A stretch of 64,000 bases of DNA, taken from contig OZ252215.1 in assembly GCA_965249025.1 (NCBI GenBank), positions 622,600 through 686,599 on the forward strand, read 5' to 3'. A model generated the notes under the pieces. That model was not told the DNA's origin. It made no database searches and saw only the letters and a program-made list of their open reading frames with translations. This stretch comes from Dehalococcoidia bacterium (GTDB taxonomy: Bacteria; Chloroflexota; Dehalococcoidia; Lucifugimonadales; CAYTFF01). Within the stretch, counting starts at the first letter, position 1. The number at the start of each line of letters is the position of its first letter. A program made the translations under genes and the position numbers. This document shows positions 30,355-40,836 of the stretch, piece after piece.

Positions 30355-31839
30355 CTACCGGGCTTGAGCTTTTTTAGCCAAAATATCCTGCTGGGCCTGG
30401 AGGGCGCTCCCATGGAGGCCGTTCTGGTCCGCCAGCACTCGGACTGGACAGGCCGAGTTGTACTGCACGAAGGCGCCGTTATGTGTGCTGCCCCCGTTAG
30501 GGCTGGGGATACGAGCCTTCACATAGTCACTAGGGCTGAACTCTCCCCTCGTCTCCCGCTTGGAGAGGTCCAGTATGACCGTCTCGAAGCTGGAGTTGCA
30601 GCTTATCCAAAGCTCGTTGGTCTCTGGGTCTGGGTTCAAGATGCAATGGTCCGCCCGCAGACAGCCTGTGTAGACCTCTCCAAAGGGTCGCGCTCTGCCC
30701 ACCATCCTGGGGTCGACCAGGCCTACGGTGATTCCCTTGTTGTGCGAGCCTTCACCCTTGCCTATGGTGATAATCATGTCCTCTTCCCAGTTCAGGTTGA
30801 GGCCGTATGGCCCTTCCGTGCCTGCCCTGGCAAATTTCACCATCTCCCAGTCGGAGGGGTCTTCTTCGCTCATGTCGATTTTGGCCACTATGCTCTCATG
30901 GCCGCCGGTGTCGTAGGCCGTCTTCCCATCGCCGCTGAAGGCCACAAAGATTGGGCTGCTGTCCTCGATACCGATATTTCGCACGTAGCTCCAGTCCTCG
31001 GTGTCTATGATGGCCACCGTTCCCTGGGCCTCTACGCCGCGAGGCGGCCTAACGCTGTAGAAAAGCCATTTGCCGCTGTGGTCTACAAAGGCCAGGTAGC
31101 CCTCGCCGCGGAGCTCACTGTTAGGCACTGCGCCGACTACCCTGTTGTTGTCGTTGGGGTCCAGAATGTAGGCGCCATGGCGCCAGGAGTAGGCCAGCAC
31201 CCTGTCGTTACCATGATGGTCCACAAAGGACTTGATGTGGTGAGGACGTCCTGGGACCTGGAGGACCTGGGCTAGCTTGCCTGTTCTGGCATTTATAACA
31301 AGGAGCCTGCCAGCCTCTTTGGAACCGCTAAAGGAAGTGCCTGCAGCCGTTGGAATATAAACATACTGGCCATCCGGCGACACGCCAAGTCCATGGGGCT
31401 CGAAGAACTGGCCCTCTACGTCATGGGTCTCCTTGGACTCTTTAGCAGAAGGACCAATGTTGAAGTGGGGCGCCGCCAGGACCTCACGGGTCTTTGCGTC
31501 TATGGCATGGTAGCCGGGCAACGTGACATCGGACGTCAACCCACCGTAGCCGGGACCTTCAGACGCAAAATAGACCAGAGGATGCTTCCCTGCATCCCAA
31601 AGCGCTGGCCCACTGGAGTCGAAGGTCTGAAGTAACCTTACCCCCATCAATTGGGACCACTCGGTATCCCATCCAGTGGGAGCCGCACTTGCGGGCGGCT
31701 CAGGCTGCCAGTTTGCTACCTGAACTATGGATTGTCCCTCACCGCCGCCGCAGGCCGCAGCCAAGATACCGACTAGAGCAATGAGAATTGCTGTAGCGCT
31801 GGCCAGCAGCAGTGGCTTTTTCATAATGTGCGTTTTCAT
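30355..31839 (-). CDS. His/Tyr-rich beta-propeller lipoprotein (YncE/cd1/NosZ-propeller-like fold), function unknown
   Basis: LAAAC lipobox. Repeated blade motifs EPHGLGVSPDG, RPHHIK, GYLAFVDHSG, PIFVAFSGDG, GPYGLNL, ADHCILNPD, STHNGAFV. Start ATG 31839 follows GAAGGGAG. Confidence 0.7.
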   Translation of the reverse strand: MKTHIMKKPLLLASATAILIALVGILAAACGGGEGQSIVQVANWQPEPPASAAPTGWDTEWSQLMGVRLLQTFDSSGPALWDAGKHPLVYFASEGPGYGGLTSDVTLPGYHAIDAKTREVLAAPHFNIGPSAKESKETHDVEGQFFEPHGLGVSPDGQYVYIPTAAGTSFSGSKEAGRLLVINARTGKLAQVLQVPGRPHHIKSFVDHHGNDRVLAYSWRHGAYILDPNDNNRVVGAVPNSELRGEGYLAFVDHSGKWLFYSVRPPRGVEAQGTVAIIDTEDWSYVRNIGIEDSSPIFVAFSGDGKTAYDTGGHESIVAKIDMSEEDPSDWEMVKFARAGTEGPYGLNLNWEEDMIITIGKGEGSHNKGITVGLVDPRMVGRARPFGEVYTGCLRADHCILNPDPETNELWISCNSSFETVILDLSKRETRGEFSPSDYVKARIPSPNGGSTHNGAFVQYNSACPVRVLADQNGLHGSALQAQQDILAKKAQAR

Positions 31840-31924
31840 ACGATATTTTCTCCCTTCACTGTGATTAAGGTTTTTTCCACGTTTTACTCTCATTCATGGG
31901 ACCATCTTTTCACCTCCGTGTGTC

Positions 31925-32311
31925 TCAGCTAAAGTGTTCTGTTCTCTGGTCCAGGAATTCGCTCGCTGAGTGGTGATCATCCTGTAATGCCTCCAACAGT
32001 CCTTCGAGGTCGGTTTGAAGAATGCGCTTCATCCGAAATATCTCTATGCCCGTTTGGTTTAGGTTCAGGGCTATGACCCTTGCTTTGGGGTGTTCCTCCA
32101 ACAATCGAGTAACTATTCCTTCGCCCATTGAGGCATCGCTGGAGTCGAGGATAATTGCGTCAGGAGACAGACACTTAATCTTGGCGGCTGCTTCGGGGGC
32201 ATCTGCCGCCACAATGGAAACTTTAAGGTCATTCAGGTCTTGTAACAGCTTTTGAACTCCGGCCACCAGGAGTGAGTGGTTACTCAGTAAGACGATCTGT
32301 TTAGGTTTCAT
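31925..32311 (-). CDS. Small atypical receiver-like protein
   Basis: IVLLSNHSLLVAGVQKLL...DAIILDSS resembles a NarL receiver without the acidic pocket and without an HTH. Confidence 0.55.
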   Translation of the reverse strand: MKPKQIVLLSNHSLLVAGVQKLLQDLNDLKVSIVAADAPEAAAKIKCLSPDAIILDSSDASMGEGIVTRLLEEHPKARVIALNLNQTGIEIFRMKRILQTDLEGLLEALQDDHHSASEFLDQRTEHFS

Positions 32312-32421
32312 TGGACGACCTCTAAGGAATACTGGGTATGTCTTAGTTACACTCGATACCGTTATGTGAAAGAAATCACAAGAACAGAACACTTGAATTG
32401 GTAGTTTTGACCTACGAAAGA

Positions 32422-32451
32422 AAGTAGGCCCTTAACATAAAGGGCCTACTT
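32422..32451. terminator. Hairpin downstream of the NarL-family regulator
   Basis: AAGTAGGCCCTT-aacata-AAGGGCCTACTT, 12-bp stem. Confidence 0.6.
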
Positions 32452-32487
32452 GTTTCAATAGCGGAAGGCTTGATATAGAAATTGACT

Positions 32488-33150
32488 CTATGGGGGTGGC
32501 TTGGTGGTAAACCCGTGCTCCAAAGCCCAACCCACGACCTGTGCTCTGTTTCGGAGGTGCAATTTGCTTAGGATGTTCTTCATGTGGTAGTTGACCGTAT
32601 TCTCAGAGATGTAAAGGGCTGCAGCTATTTCTTTGTTAGTGGCTCCACGCGCCAGTTGCTCAAGCACGTCTTGCTCTCGCTTGGTTAGACCCGCATCCAA
32701 CTCAGAGCCATGTTTCTGTTCCTTAAGCCGGGCGAATTCCTCAAGGAGCTTCTTGGCCAGGCCAGGGGACATAACAGGCTCGCCGCGACCGACACGGTTC
32801 ATTAGGTCTGCGAACTCCTCCTCTCGGAGGTTCTTAAGAAGATAACCTTCGGCGCCGCTCTTGATTGCTTCAAACAGATCTTGCTCGTCGTCGGAGACCG
32901 TTAGAATGATCACTTTGATGTCAGCGGAATCTGCTTTAATGGCTCGTGTTGCCTCCAGACCGTTGGGGCTTGGCATGTTGATGTCCATGAAAACCAGGTC
33001 TGGTTGGAGGTTCTGTGCCATTGAAATGGCCTCCTCTCCATTGCCCGCCTGGCCCACTACCTGTAGGCCCCAGGCCTTGAGGAGACTGGCTAGCCCAGCA
33101 CGAAATAGGGCATGGTCATCTGCTAGTAGTACCCTCATTCCCTCAGCCAT
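32488..33150 (-). CDS. NarL/LuxR-family response regulator
   Basis: LLADDH, FMDINMP, GYLLK, LTKRE...NKEIA...TVNYHMKNILSKL. Confidence 0.92.
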   Translation of the reverse strand: MAEGMRVLLADDHALFRAGLASLLKAWGLQVVGQAGNGEEAISMAQNLQPDLVFMDINMPSPNGLEATRAIKADSADIKVIILTVSDDEQDLFEAIKSGAEGYLLKNLREEEFADLMNRVGRGEPVMSPGLAKKLLEEFARLKEQKHGSELDAGLTKREQDVLEQLARGATNKEIAAALYISENTVNYHMKNILSKLHLRNRAQVVGWALEHGFTTKPPP

Positions 33151-35002
33151 CGTCCTCTCTGTGCAAGAGCGGTACTAGCACCTCTACTGTAGTTCCCTTC
33201 CCCGGAGCGGCATCGATAGCAAGAGTTCCATCCATTGCCTCTGCTCTCTCTCGCATGGTATGAAGGCCAAATCGAGGCCATCCTGTTGATGGGAGTCGCT
33301 TCTGTTCAAACCCTTCGCCATTGTCGGCTATTGTGACTCGAAGTCCGTCTCCAATCATCTCAAAGTTGACAGTAGCGGTGGATGCCCTTGAATGCTTTCT
33401 CACGTTGGTTAGCGCTTCCTGGACTATACGAATCAACTGAATTTCAGCAGAGGGGGTCAATTGGGAGCGCTCCGCATCCGGCGACGCGTTGATATCGACT
33501 TGTATACCGGACATCTCCATGTAGCTTTGAGTGTACTCCCTTAGAGCAGCAAGCAGGCCTTCTTTGCGGCGGGCGGCTATCCTTAGCCCAAGGATACCCT
33601 CGCGAACATCGGCATACAAGTCTCTGGCTATTTCTTCCATCTTCGTGAGCTCCTCATGTGCCTCAACGAACTGCTGGTTAGAGAGAAATTTCTTCACTGC
33701 AATGGTTTGGGTATTGATATAGCCCAACAATTGAGCCATTCCGTCATGCATTTCCCTAGCTATGCGCTCTCGCTCTTGGAGGACCGCTAGGTCTTGAACC
33801 TGTTGGTAGAGGTGAGCATTTTCTATGGCTAGAGCCATCCATTCTCCGATGCTTTCAAGAAGACGAATCTCATCTTGTGAACTTATTGCACTCTCTGAGA
33901 AGGCGGCCAAAGTTAGAACACCAATTACTCTGTTCTTATAGCGTAAAGGCAAGCCGCAAAATGTATGATATCCAGCATCGATTACCCTCTTGCGAAGGAA
34001 GATATCCCTAGTGGGCAGGTCATGTGTCACCAAGGGCTCTTGCGTCTCCGCTACTATGCCCGGTATGCCCTCGCCTTTGCGAAACCGGGTCCGCTCCATG
34101 AAGGACTCCTGATGTTCACCTCGGTGACATCTCATGGTCAGATCTTCGTCGTCTTCCGTAAGCCAGACCTCAGCGCCGTCAGCCGACGTGACATCTATGA
34201 TGGTATCCAGCGTTCTGCCGAGCAATTCGTCCAAGTCAAAGGAAGAGGTGGCTACCTTGCTTACAGCAAGTAATGCAATAAGATCACGGTTTTGTCGTTG
34301 AGACTTTTCGTAGAGGACGGCATTCCTTATGGCCATACCTAACTGGCCGCCGATGCCTTCCAGGAATTCTTGGTCATTGTCGTTAAAATGGCGCTCCTGG
34401 TGAGAGGCGATTGCCAAGATACCATTTACTTCTCCCTCTGACTTCAGAGGCGCGCTCATGAGCGACCTGAACCCTTCGCGTCTGGCAAATTCTACAAGTC
34501 TAGGGTCATTGAAGACGTCTTCAATGATAACTGGCCGACCTGTGCTCACTACCTCTTGGGCGATAGGATCGTCCGCAAGTTTGGCCTTTCGTATCTTACG
34601 CTCCAATTCCTCCGTGAAGCCTCTGTGACAAACTATGGAGTGCTCCTCTTCTTCCAAGTCTACTAGGCAAATTAAACCAGCGTCTACCTTCAAGTTTGAC
34701 AAAACATGATCCAGGCTGGTATTTAGCAGCTCTTGTAGGCGCAATTTAGCGGCTGCCGCCTTAGCTATGTCATTTAACGAAGAAAGCTGGCGATTCTGCT
34801 CGGTGATTCTCCGTTGTAGCTTTGCGATGGACCCAAACATAACGTAAGTGAAGATAATCACCGCAACGGCAATTGCGACATGAACCCCAAAGAAGCCTGG
34901 GACGCTATGCAGCTCTTTAGCGAAAATACTATGTCTCAATAAGTCAACAGATGCCAGAAACAAGATAGGCAGCACTATGGCCAGCTATCTTAGAGCTGAC
35001 AT
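33143..35002 (-). pseudogene. Double-GAF HisKA_3 sensor kinase with an amber stop at codon 6
   Basis: ERERIAREMHD, EALTNVRKH, DNGEG. ATG 35002 reads MSALR*LAIVLPIL (TAG at 34985-87, likely from TGG). Restart at GTG 34975 is possible. Confidence 0.75.
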
Positions 35003-35159
35003 GTTTACACCACATCTATGGGAGATGTAGATTCCTTTTATAATGCTCATAGTGGACAGTCGTTCTTAGGTGCCTTCTGGTTACAATAATTGTAACAGAA
35101 TCCCATTGCTGGAAACCCCTGTACCAGGGTGGTTGTGCCCTACCAATTTTGGTAGGGTT

Positions 35160-35572
35160 CACAGAAGACTGTATGGGCAGACAGAAGAGATACATGGACA
35201 TGGAGCTAGAGATACTGATAGTGCCCGAGGCCAACGCGGCTGAGGAAGCAGGGAAGCTACTATCTAACCGCCTACATTATGGGCTGAGGCCAACCTGGAG
35301 GAGAGACGTAAGCTACTACTCACAATGCTAGACGGGGTCTATGTGGATTCCAAGGAGGAGAGGCCATAGTAGCTATCAGGCCCAAGCCAGCATTCAGGGC
35401 AATCTTTGAGGTAGTAACATCGCGTGAAGAGTCTGAAGTCCTACTCATAAAAGAGGAGCCTCTAGATACGAATCCAGAGGCTGAAGTGGATCCCTTGTGT
35501 TTCTGGTGGAGACGGGGGAGAGTCGAACTCCCCGTCCAGAAGACTCCCCGTTGGGATATGCTACAGGCTTAG
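35160..35572 (+). pseudogene. C-terminal remnant of a site-specific (serine) recombinase overlapping the ssrA 3' end
   Basis: Across two frameshifts reads LEILIVPEANAAEEAGKLL / PTLWAEANLEERRKLLLTMLDGVYVD / IVAIRPKPAFRAIFEV...CFWWRRGRVELP. I recognise this as resembling Dehalococcoidia ssrA-island recombinase C-termini (from memory, not searched). The N-terminal catalytic domain is absent. Confidence 0.65.
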
Positions 35573-35859
35573 TCGGCAATTATTGTCTCGTCTCTAAAGC
35601 CCTCTGCCGACTAAGGGTCCTAAAAACCAGCCGACATCTCTTTGGCCTACCCTATCGGCGTTGGGAGGACCGCACCTCGATCCGTCGGCGCCCTAGCCGC
35701 TCCCTCGAGGACAGGAACGGTAGAACGTAGCTGCCTTTTTAGGCAGCTAGTGCGAGGTTTTTCTCGCCAGTTACTTTTTTTGCCACCTGATTAACGAGGT
35801 AGATGGCACCTCGGCCTGCGATCCCACAAGGCCATCCCCTGTCGAATCCGCGCGTCCCC
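35504..35859 (-). ncRNA. ssrA: tmRNA (transfer-messenger RNA); tag peptide (A)GEKNLALAA* at 35768-35739
   Basis: 5' GGGGACGCGCGGATTCGACAGGGG, 3' GGAGTTCGACTCTCCCCCGTCTCCACCA, resume context GTAACT|GGC, tag ending LAA, upstream TGGTATAAT. Confidence 0.95.
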
Positions 35860-36012
35860 ATACTCTACATTATACCATCTTGGGTTGCCTGGTAACCACT
35901 TATTCTTATGAACGCAGTCCAGAGGTTGAAGATGCGAACTAATGGGAGTGATACAATAGCACTGTGTCAAGGGATGGGAGGCCTGAGCACGCTTAACTAA
36001 AGGGCATTTACT

Positions 36013-37878
36013 ATGATCAATCGAATCAAAAACTTGGGTCTGCAAAAGCGAATTATGCTTTATGTGACGGTGGGCCTTCTAGCGTTGGTCTCTATGTTTG
36101 CCTATGTGGCACAAGGAGCCATAAACCAGAGCACTCAAGTCATATTCGAAGAGCGTCTCGCTCTCGCCGAAACTATCGCCCGCAATGTGGATAGGCTCGT
36201 TCAGTATAGCACTGCTACACTTGTTAGAACCTCGTCACTATTATCTCCTGACCTTTCGAGCGGAATCACGTCTCATGAATAGGTTATGTTGCAGGCTATG
36301 GTATCCGACTTAACCTACTACTACAATTCCAATCCACCGGAATCAGTGGTCTTAGCGGACAATGGTCTCTTCACTATATGGGAATGGTCAAAGGAGGGGA
36401 AGCGGCTACAAGGTGAGTCGCCTTAGCTTAGTACACTGATGAGCCGGGCTCTGGACGCCAAAGCGCCCATCGTGCAGCCAATAGGAAACGTCTCTGATGG
36501 CCTTGATTATATGGTATTTATGGCTGCCCCTATACTGGACGAAGCTGGAGTCGTCAAGGGCGCTCTGGCTCTTGCCATGACTCCTACGCTACCTTCCTTT
36601 ACTCGCTGACTTTTGCTTGAGGGGCAGAACCGAGAATACGAAATCGAGTTGGTAACTGAGGATGGCACTGTGGTTGCAGCCTCGGATAAAGAGCACTTGT
36701 TTCAAACCAGTCGACACCTTCCCATCATCTCGCGACTGATTAGCGATGGCCAGGAAGGAGTCCAAGAACACAGAATATCCGACGCCCGACTCGATGAGGA
36801 CTCTGGCGACCACATCGTGGCGTTCGCCCCTCTGGAGAATCTGCCATGGGGGATAGTCCTTGAGCAAAAAGAGGATGTAGCCCTGGCCTTGCCCAGGTCT
36901 TTACAGCGCAGGATACTCCTTCTTTCCGGGCTAGCTGTCTTCTTAGGCCTTCTTCTTGCCTGGATAACAACTAGACAGGTGGTGAGGCCTCTGGTGCGCC
37001 TGACCGCTACATCCAGGCATATAGCATCGGGGGACCTGAGCACTCAGGTGCAAATAGAGGGACAGGACGAGGTTCGTACTCTAGCTAGCTCCTTTGAAGC
37101 TATGCGTCGGCAGCTAGAGACCTCTCTTGAGGAGATAGAAGAGTGGAACCGCACTCTGGAGACTAGGGTGCAGAATAGAACTAGGGAGATGGAAGAGCGC
37201 AACCGAGAACGCAGCCAGCTTCTTAGAAAGGTGATCTTGGCTCAAGAAGAAGAGAGAAAGCGTGTGGCTAGAGAACTGCATGACGAAGTTGGGCAGGGCC
37301 TCACTGCCCTTGTAATCGGCCTTGGCACGGCGGAGGAGGCGATAAATAGTGACCTGCCTAACAAACGAGAGCATCTGCAGGAACTGCGGGAGCTGATGAG
37401 CACGATTATCGAGGATGTCAGGCGTTTGATGTCTGCTTTGAGACCTAGTGTTCTAGATGACATGGGGCTTGGATCTGCTATACGTTGGTATGTGGACACT
37501 TATCTAGAAAAGGCAGGAGTCAAAACTACTTTGAATGCCTCCGATCCAACCCAGATAATACCTTCTCATATAGAGGTGGCTGTCTTCAGGGTAGTCCAGG
37601 AGGCCATCAATAACATCATTCGGCATGCCCATGCTAAGAATGCGAGAATCGAGTTGGAGTTCAGCAACTCGACGATAGAGGGGAAGGTAGTGGATGATGG
37701 AGCTGGATTTGACTTGTCACAGGCTCGCCAGGGAACAGCGGATCATACCCCCGTTGGTCTCATAGGTATGGAGGAGAAGGTTGGCCTTTTTGGAGGCACC
37801 TTATTTATTGATTCTCACGTAGGACTGGGAACGACGATAAAATTTGCAATTCCGCTAACAGAACAGAAGGGGATGTAG
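36013..37878 (+). pseudogene. HAMP/HisKA_3 membrane sensor kinase with three in-frame stops (TAG 36280, TAG 36424, TGA 36607)
   Basis: ORFs 36013-36282 and 36613-37878 share one frame. [27 protein letters not shown]. Confidence 0.85.
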
Positions 37879-38538
37879 TTGGCTAAAATACGCGTCCTGA
37901 TTGCTGACGACCACGCTATAGTCCGCAGTGGCCTGCGCATGCTTCTGTCGCAACAGCAGGATATAGAAGTGGTAGGAGAAGCGGGAGATGGTCAGGAGTG
38001 CGTAGAGATGACCTCTCAACTTAACCCAGACCTGGTCCTTATGGACATCTCCATGCCAAATATGAACGGAATAGAAGCGACCAAAGTCATCAAAGAAAGT
38101 CGCTCGGGCGTTCAGGTTTTGGGGCTGACGATGCATGAAGACGACGTCTATTTCTTCCAGTTGCTCCAAGCAGGGGCGTCTGGATATGTTTTGAAAGGAG
38201 CTTCTCCTGATGAGCTATTGACGGCTATACGAGTAGTCGCTCAGGGTCATGCCTATATATTCCCCAGTCTAGCCAAAAAGCTTTTGGACGATTACGTACA
38301 ACGCGTCGCAACCGGTGAAGAGCAGGAACCGTACGGCCGCCTCACAGACCGAGAGAAAGAGGTCCTAAAGCTAATTGCGGAGGGAAATACCTCTCGTAGG
38401 ATAGCGGACACCTTGTACCTTAGTATCAATACGGTTGAACGTCACCGCTCAAACATAATGGACAAGCTGAATTTACATAACAAAGCAGACCTGATAAAGT
38501 ACGCTATTCGCAAGGGCCTGGTGAAGCTGGAAGGGTAA
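37879..38538 (+). CDS. NarL/NreC-family response regulator
   Basis: LIADDH, LMDISMP, GYVLK, LTDRE...TVERHRSNIMDKL. Confidence 0.92.
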   Translation: MAKIRVLIADDHAIVRSGLRMLLSQQQDIEVVGEAGDGQECVEMTSQLNPDLVLMDISMPNMNGIEATKVIKESRSGVQVLGLTMHEDDVYFFQLLQAGASGYVLKGASPDELLTAIRVVAQGHAYIFPSLAKKLLDDYVQRVATGEEQEPYGRLTDREKEVLKLIAEGNTSRRIADTLYLSINTVERHRSNIMDKLNLHNKADLIKYAIRKGLVKLEG

Positions 38539-38562
38539 CCACGCCTCTCTTGCCCAATTGAA

Positions 38563-38592
38563 AAAAGACACCATGTTAACATGGTGTCTTTT
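38563..38592. terminator. Perfect 30-bp palindrome after the regulator
   Basis: AAAAGACACCATGTTAACATGGTGTCTTTT. Confidence 0.65.
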
Positions 38593-38689
38593 CTTATTCA
38601 GAATCACCAGAATTAATCATAACTTCCCTTGCATTCCTCAGGTATATTCCTTTGGGTAAGCAAATCCTCAAAGCCCACAAGGAGCACAC

Positions 38690-39301
38690 ATGAGATACCT
38701 AGTGATAGTATTCCTCGTTGTTTTCGGCGCAGGGTTCGCCATAGCGTGCGGTGCAGAAGGGCCGCCCGTCGCTCCGAGTCCTACAGCGGAGGATTCAGAG
38801 GAAGCCCACGAAGCAGATGAGGGCCATGAGCAAATATCGCCCCAGGCTCTCCAGGGCAAAGAAGTGTATACGAACGCTGGATGCGCAGCTTGTCATGGAC
38901 TAGATGGACAAGGGACGGCTGCCGCTCCAGGCCTTCCAGCCCATACGGAGGACCAGGTTCGTCGACAGGTCCGTGCACCGGCCGGCATCATGCCAGTTTT
39001 CCCAAAAGACAAAATCAGCGATTCACAGCTAGACGATCTTTTCGTCTATATTGCAGGCCTTTCAGGTAGTCACGCCCACGAGAGCTGGGCTGATACCGGT
39101 GCGCAGATGCAGATGCACCACTGGATGGCGTTATTTGCAATCGAAGGTGGAGATACCCATGAGGCACGTCATCACGTGGAACACATTATTGAAATCACCG
39201 AAGGCGATCACCAGGCTCGCATGAAAAGCGTTCTGAACGACCTGGAAGCCGACAACTTACACGATACGGCGTATGTAGTAGAAGAAACACATGCATTGTA
39301 G
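38690..39301 (+). CDS. Monoheme cytochrome c lipoprotein with a His-rich C-terminal domain, truncated by the IS
   Basis: FAIAC lipobox, CAACH, IMP. The stop codon TAG (39299-39301) lies inside the IS left inverted repeat. Confidence 0.8.
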   Translation: MRYLVIVFLVVFGAGFAIACGAEGPPVAPSPTAEDSEEAHEADEGHEQISPQALQGKEVYTNAGCAACHGLDGQGTAAAPGLPAHTEDQVRRQVRAPAGIMPVFPKDKISDSQLDDLFVYIAGLSGSHAHESWADTGAQMQMHHWMALFAIEGGDTHEARHHVEHIIEITEGDHQARMKSVLNDLEADNLHDTAYVVEETHAL

Positions 39302-40836
39302 GGTGTCAGCGCAATTGGACACTATTGAGGCCTAGAAAACCGAAGAGGTTGGGGGTGTGGTAGAGGCTCCTTCAGAGGGGTAGATTAACCCTAAGTGAAA
39401 GGAGTCATTGATGACCCAGGTAGAGGATCAGGCCAGTCAAGCTGAGGAGCGAAGCCAGGAGACACGAAGCTTCGTGCGTCAGGTCCGTGCAGCGACCCGC
39501 CGTAAGTATACCCCCGAAGAGAAGATCCGTGTCGTCCTGGAGGGCTTTAGCCGGGAGGTCACTGTCAATGACCTGTGCAGGCGAGAGGGGATCAAGCCCC
39601 ACTCCTACTACGCCTGGACGAAGGAGTTCATGGAAGCTGGGAAGGAGAGGTTGACTCGGGACAGTGTGCGTGATGCGACCCGGCAAGAGATAGAGCAGCT
39701 CAAGCGGGAGAACAGTGAACTGAAGCAGCTGGTGGGTGAGTTGTCCCTGGAGTTGCACCGCTTCAAAAAACAGCTCTGCCGCCCCTACACGACAACGGCA
39801 CCGTCGCATGAGCGTAGTGGAACAATCGAAGGTCGTGGCTGAGGTGGAGCGACATGGTAGAGGGAAGAACAGGCGACTCAGGGAGCTTGGCATTTCCAGG
39901 AGCACGTATTATTGGTGGAGGTGGAGGCACCGGCAGGGTAGTTGGGAGGGTACGGAAGGAACTGAGAGGCCCTGGAATCGCCTGCGTCCAGAAGAGGAGG
40001 CAGTAGTGCTGGCGGCAGCCCGTGTGATGCCGACCTGGCGAAGCCGGCAGTTGGCGGCTTCGCTCACCGACCACAGAGGCCTATCGGTCTCCGCCTCCAC
40101 AGTCTATCGTATCCTGAGACGGGAGGGTCTGGTGAAACGGATCGAATACCAGTTGGCAGCGGGCAAAGAGTAGCAGCACAAGACCACAGGGCCCCACCAG
40201 CTGTGGGCCACCGATGCTTCCTACTTCCGTGTAGTGGGATGGGGCTACTACTACCTCGTGACGGTGATGGACGACTACTCCCGGTTCATCTTGGCCTGGA
40301 AGGTGCAACGGGACATGACGGCCGACTCCCTCATAGAGGTGGTCCAGCAAGCTGTTGACTCTACTGGTATGACTGATGTACCTCTGGAGGATCGGACCAA
40401 GCTCCTCTCAGATAATGGCTCAGGTTATGTATCGCGGGCCTTCCGCGAGTACATGCGGGTGGTGGGCATTCGCCACGTCCTGGCAGCACCCTATCACCCT
40501 CAGACCAACGGGAAGCTGGAGAGATATCACCGAACCCTGAAAGACGACATTAACCAGGTGCCATACGAGGTGGTGGAAGACCTGGAGGCGGCCATCCGGG
40601 ACTTCGTCGAGTTCTACAACTACCGGAGATATCATCAGGCGCTCAGGGTTGTAACTCCGGCTGACGTGCTGGAAGGCCGTCTGGAGGCAATTCTAGCCCA
40701 GAGGAAGGAGGTACAGCGAGAGACTTTTGACCGGCGGAGGCGGTACAATCAGGAGGTCAGAGAAACCCTCAAACCAGGAGCTTCTTCACCCCAATCTCTC
40801 GGACCCAGAACTGTCCAAAACCGCTGACACCCAACA
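39297..40836 (+). mobile_element. IS3-family element (orfA 39408-, orfB to 40827), inactivated
   Basis: IRL TGTAGGGTGTCAGCGCAATTGGACA and IRR TGTCCAAAACCGCTGACACCCAACA (21/25 match). DDE motifs ATD...SDNG...TNGKLER. Frameshift near 39770-39810 and TAG at 40171. No target-site duplication. Confidence 0.9.

Larger units (their letters stand above)
19775..35533. mobile_element. Genomic island integrated at the ssrA 3' end (~15.7 kb)
   Basis: Flanked by the ssrA-derived direct repeat, with a recombinase remnant overlapping ssrA on the opposite strand. Cargo is unrelated to the left flank. Confidence 0.7.

Noticed and set aside
30325-31275. 316-aa plus-strand ORF (and 22018-22455, 22489-23007, 13800-14045, 15681-16325)
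   Set aside because: Antisense or alternate-frame shadows of well-supported genes, with no motifs of their own.
30355-31839. Calling the propeller nosZ or nirS
   Set aside because: No CuA (C-x3-C-x3-H-x2-M) domain, no CxxCH, and no nosDFYL or nir heme-d1 genes in the window.
21184-36609. Stop-codon reassignment or selenocysteine to explain the in-frame stops
   Set aside because: TAA, TAG and TGA all occur as interruptions and all three end intact genes normally. The TGA sites are in kinase linkers, not at Cys positions.
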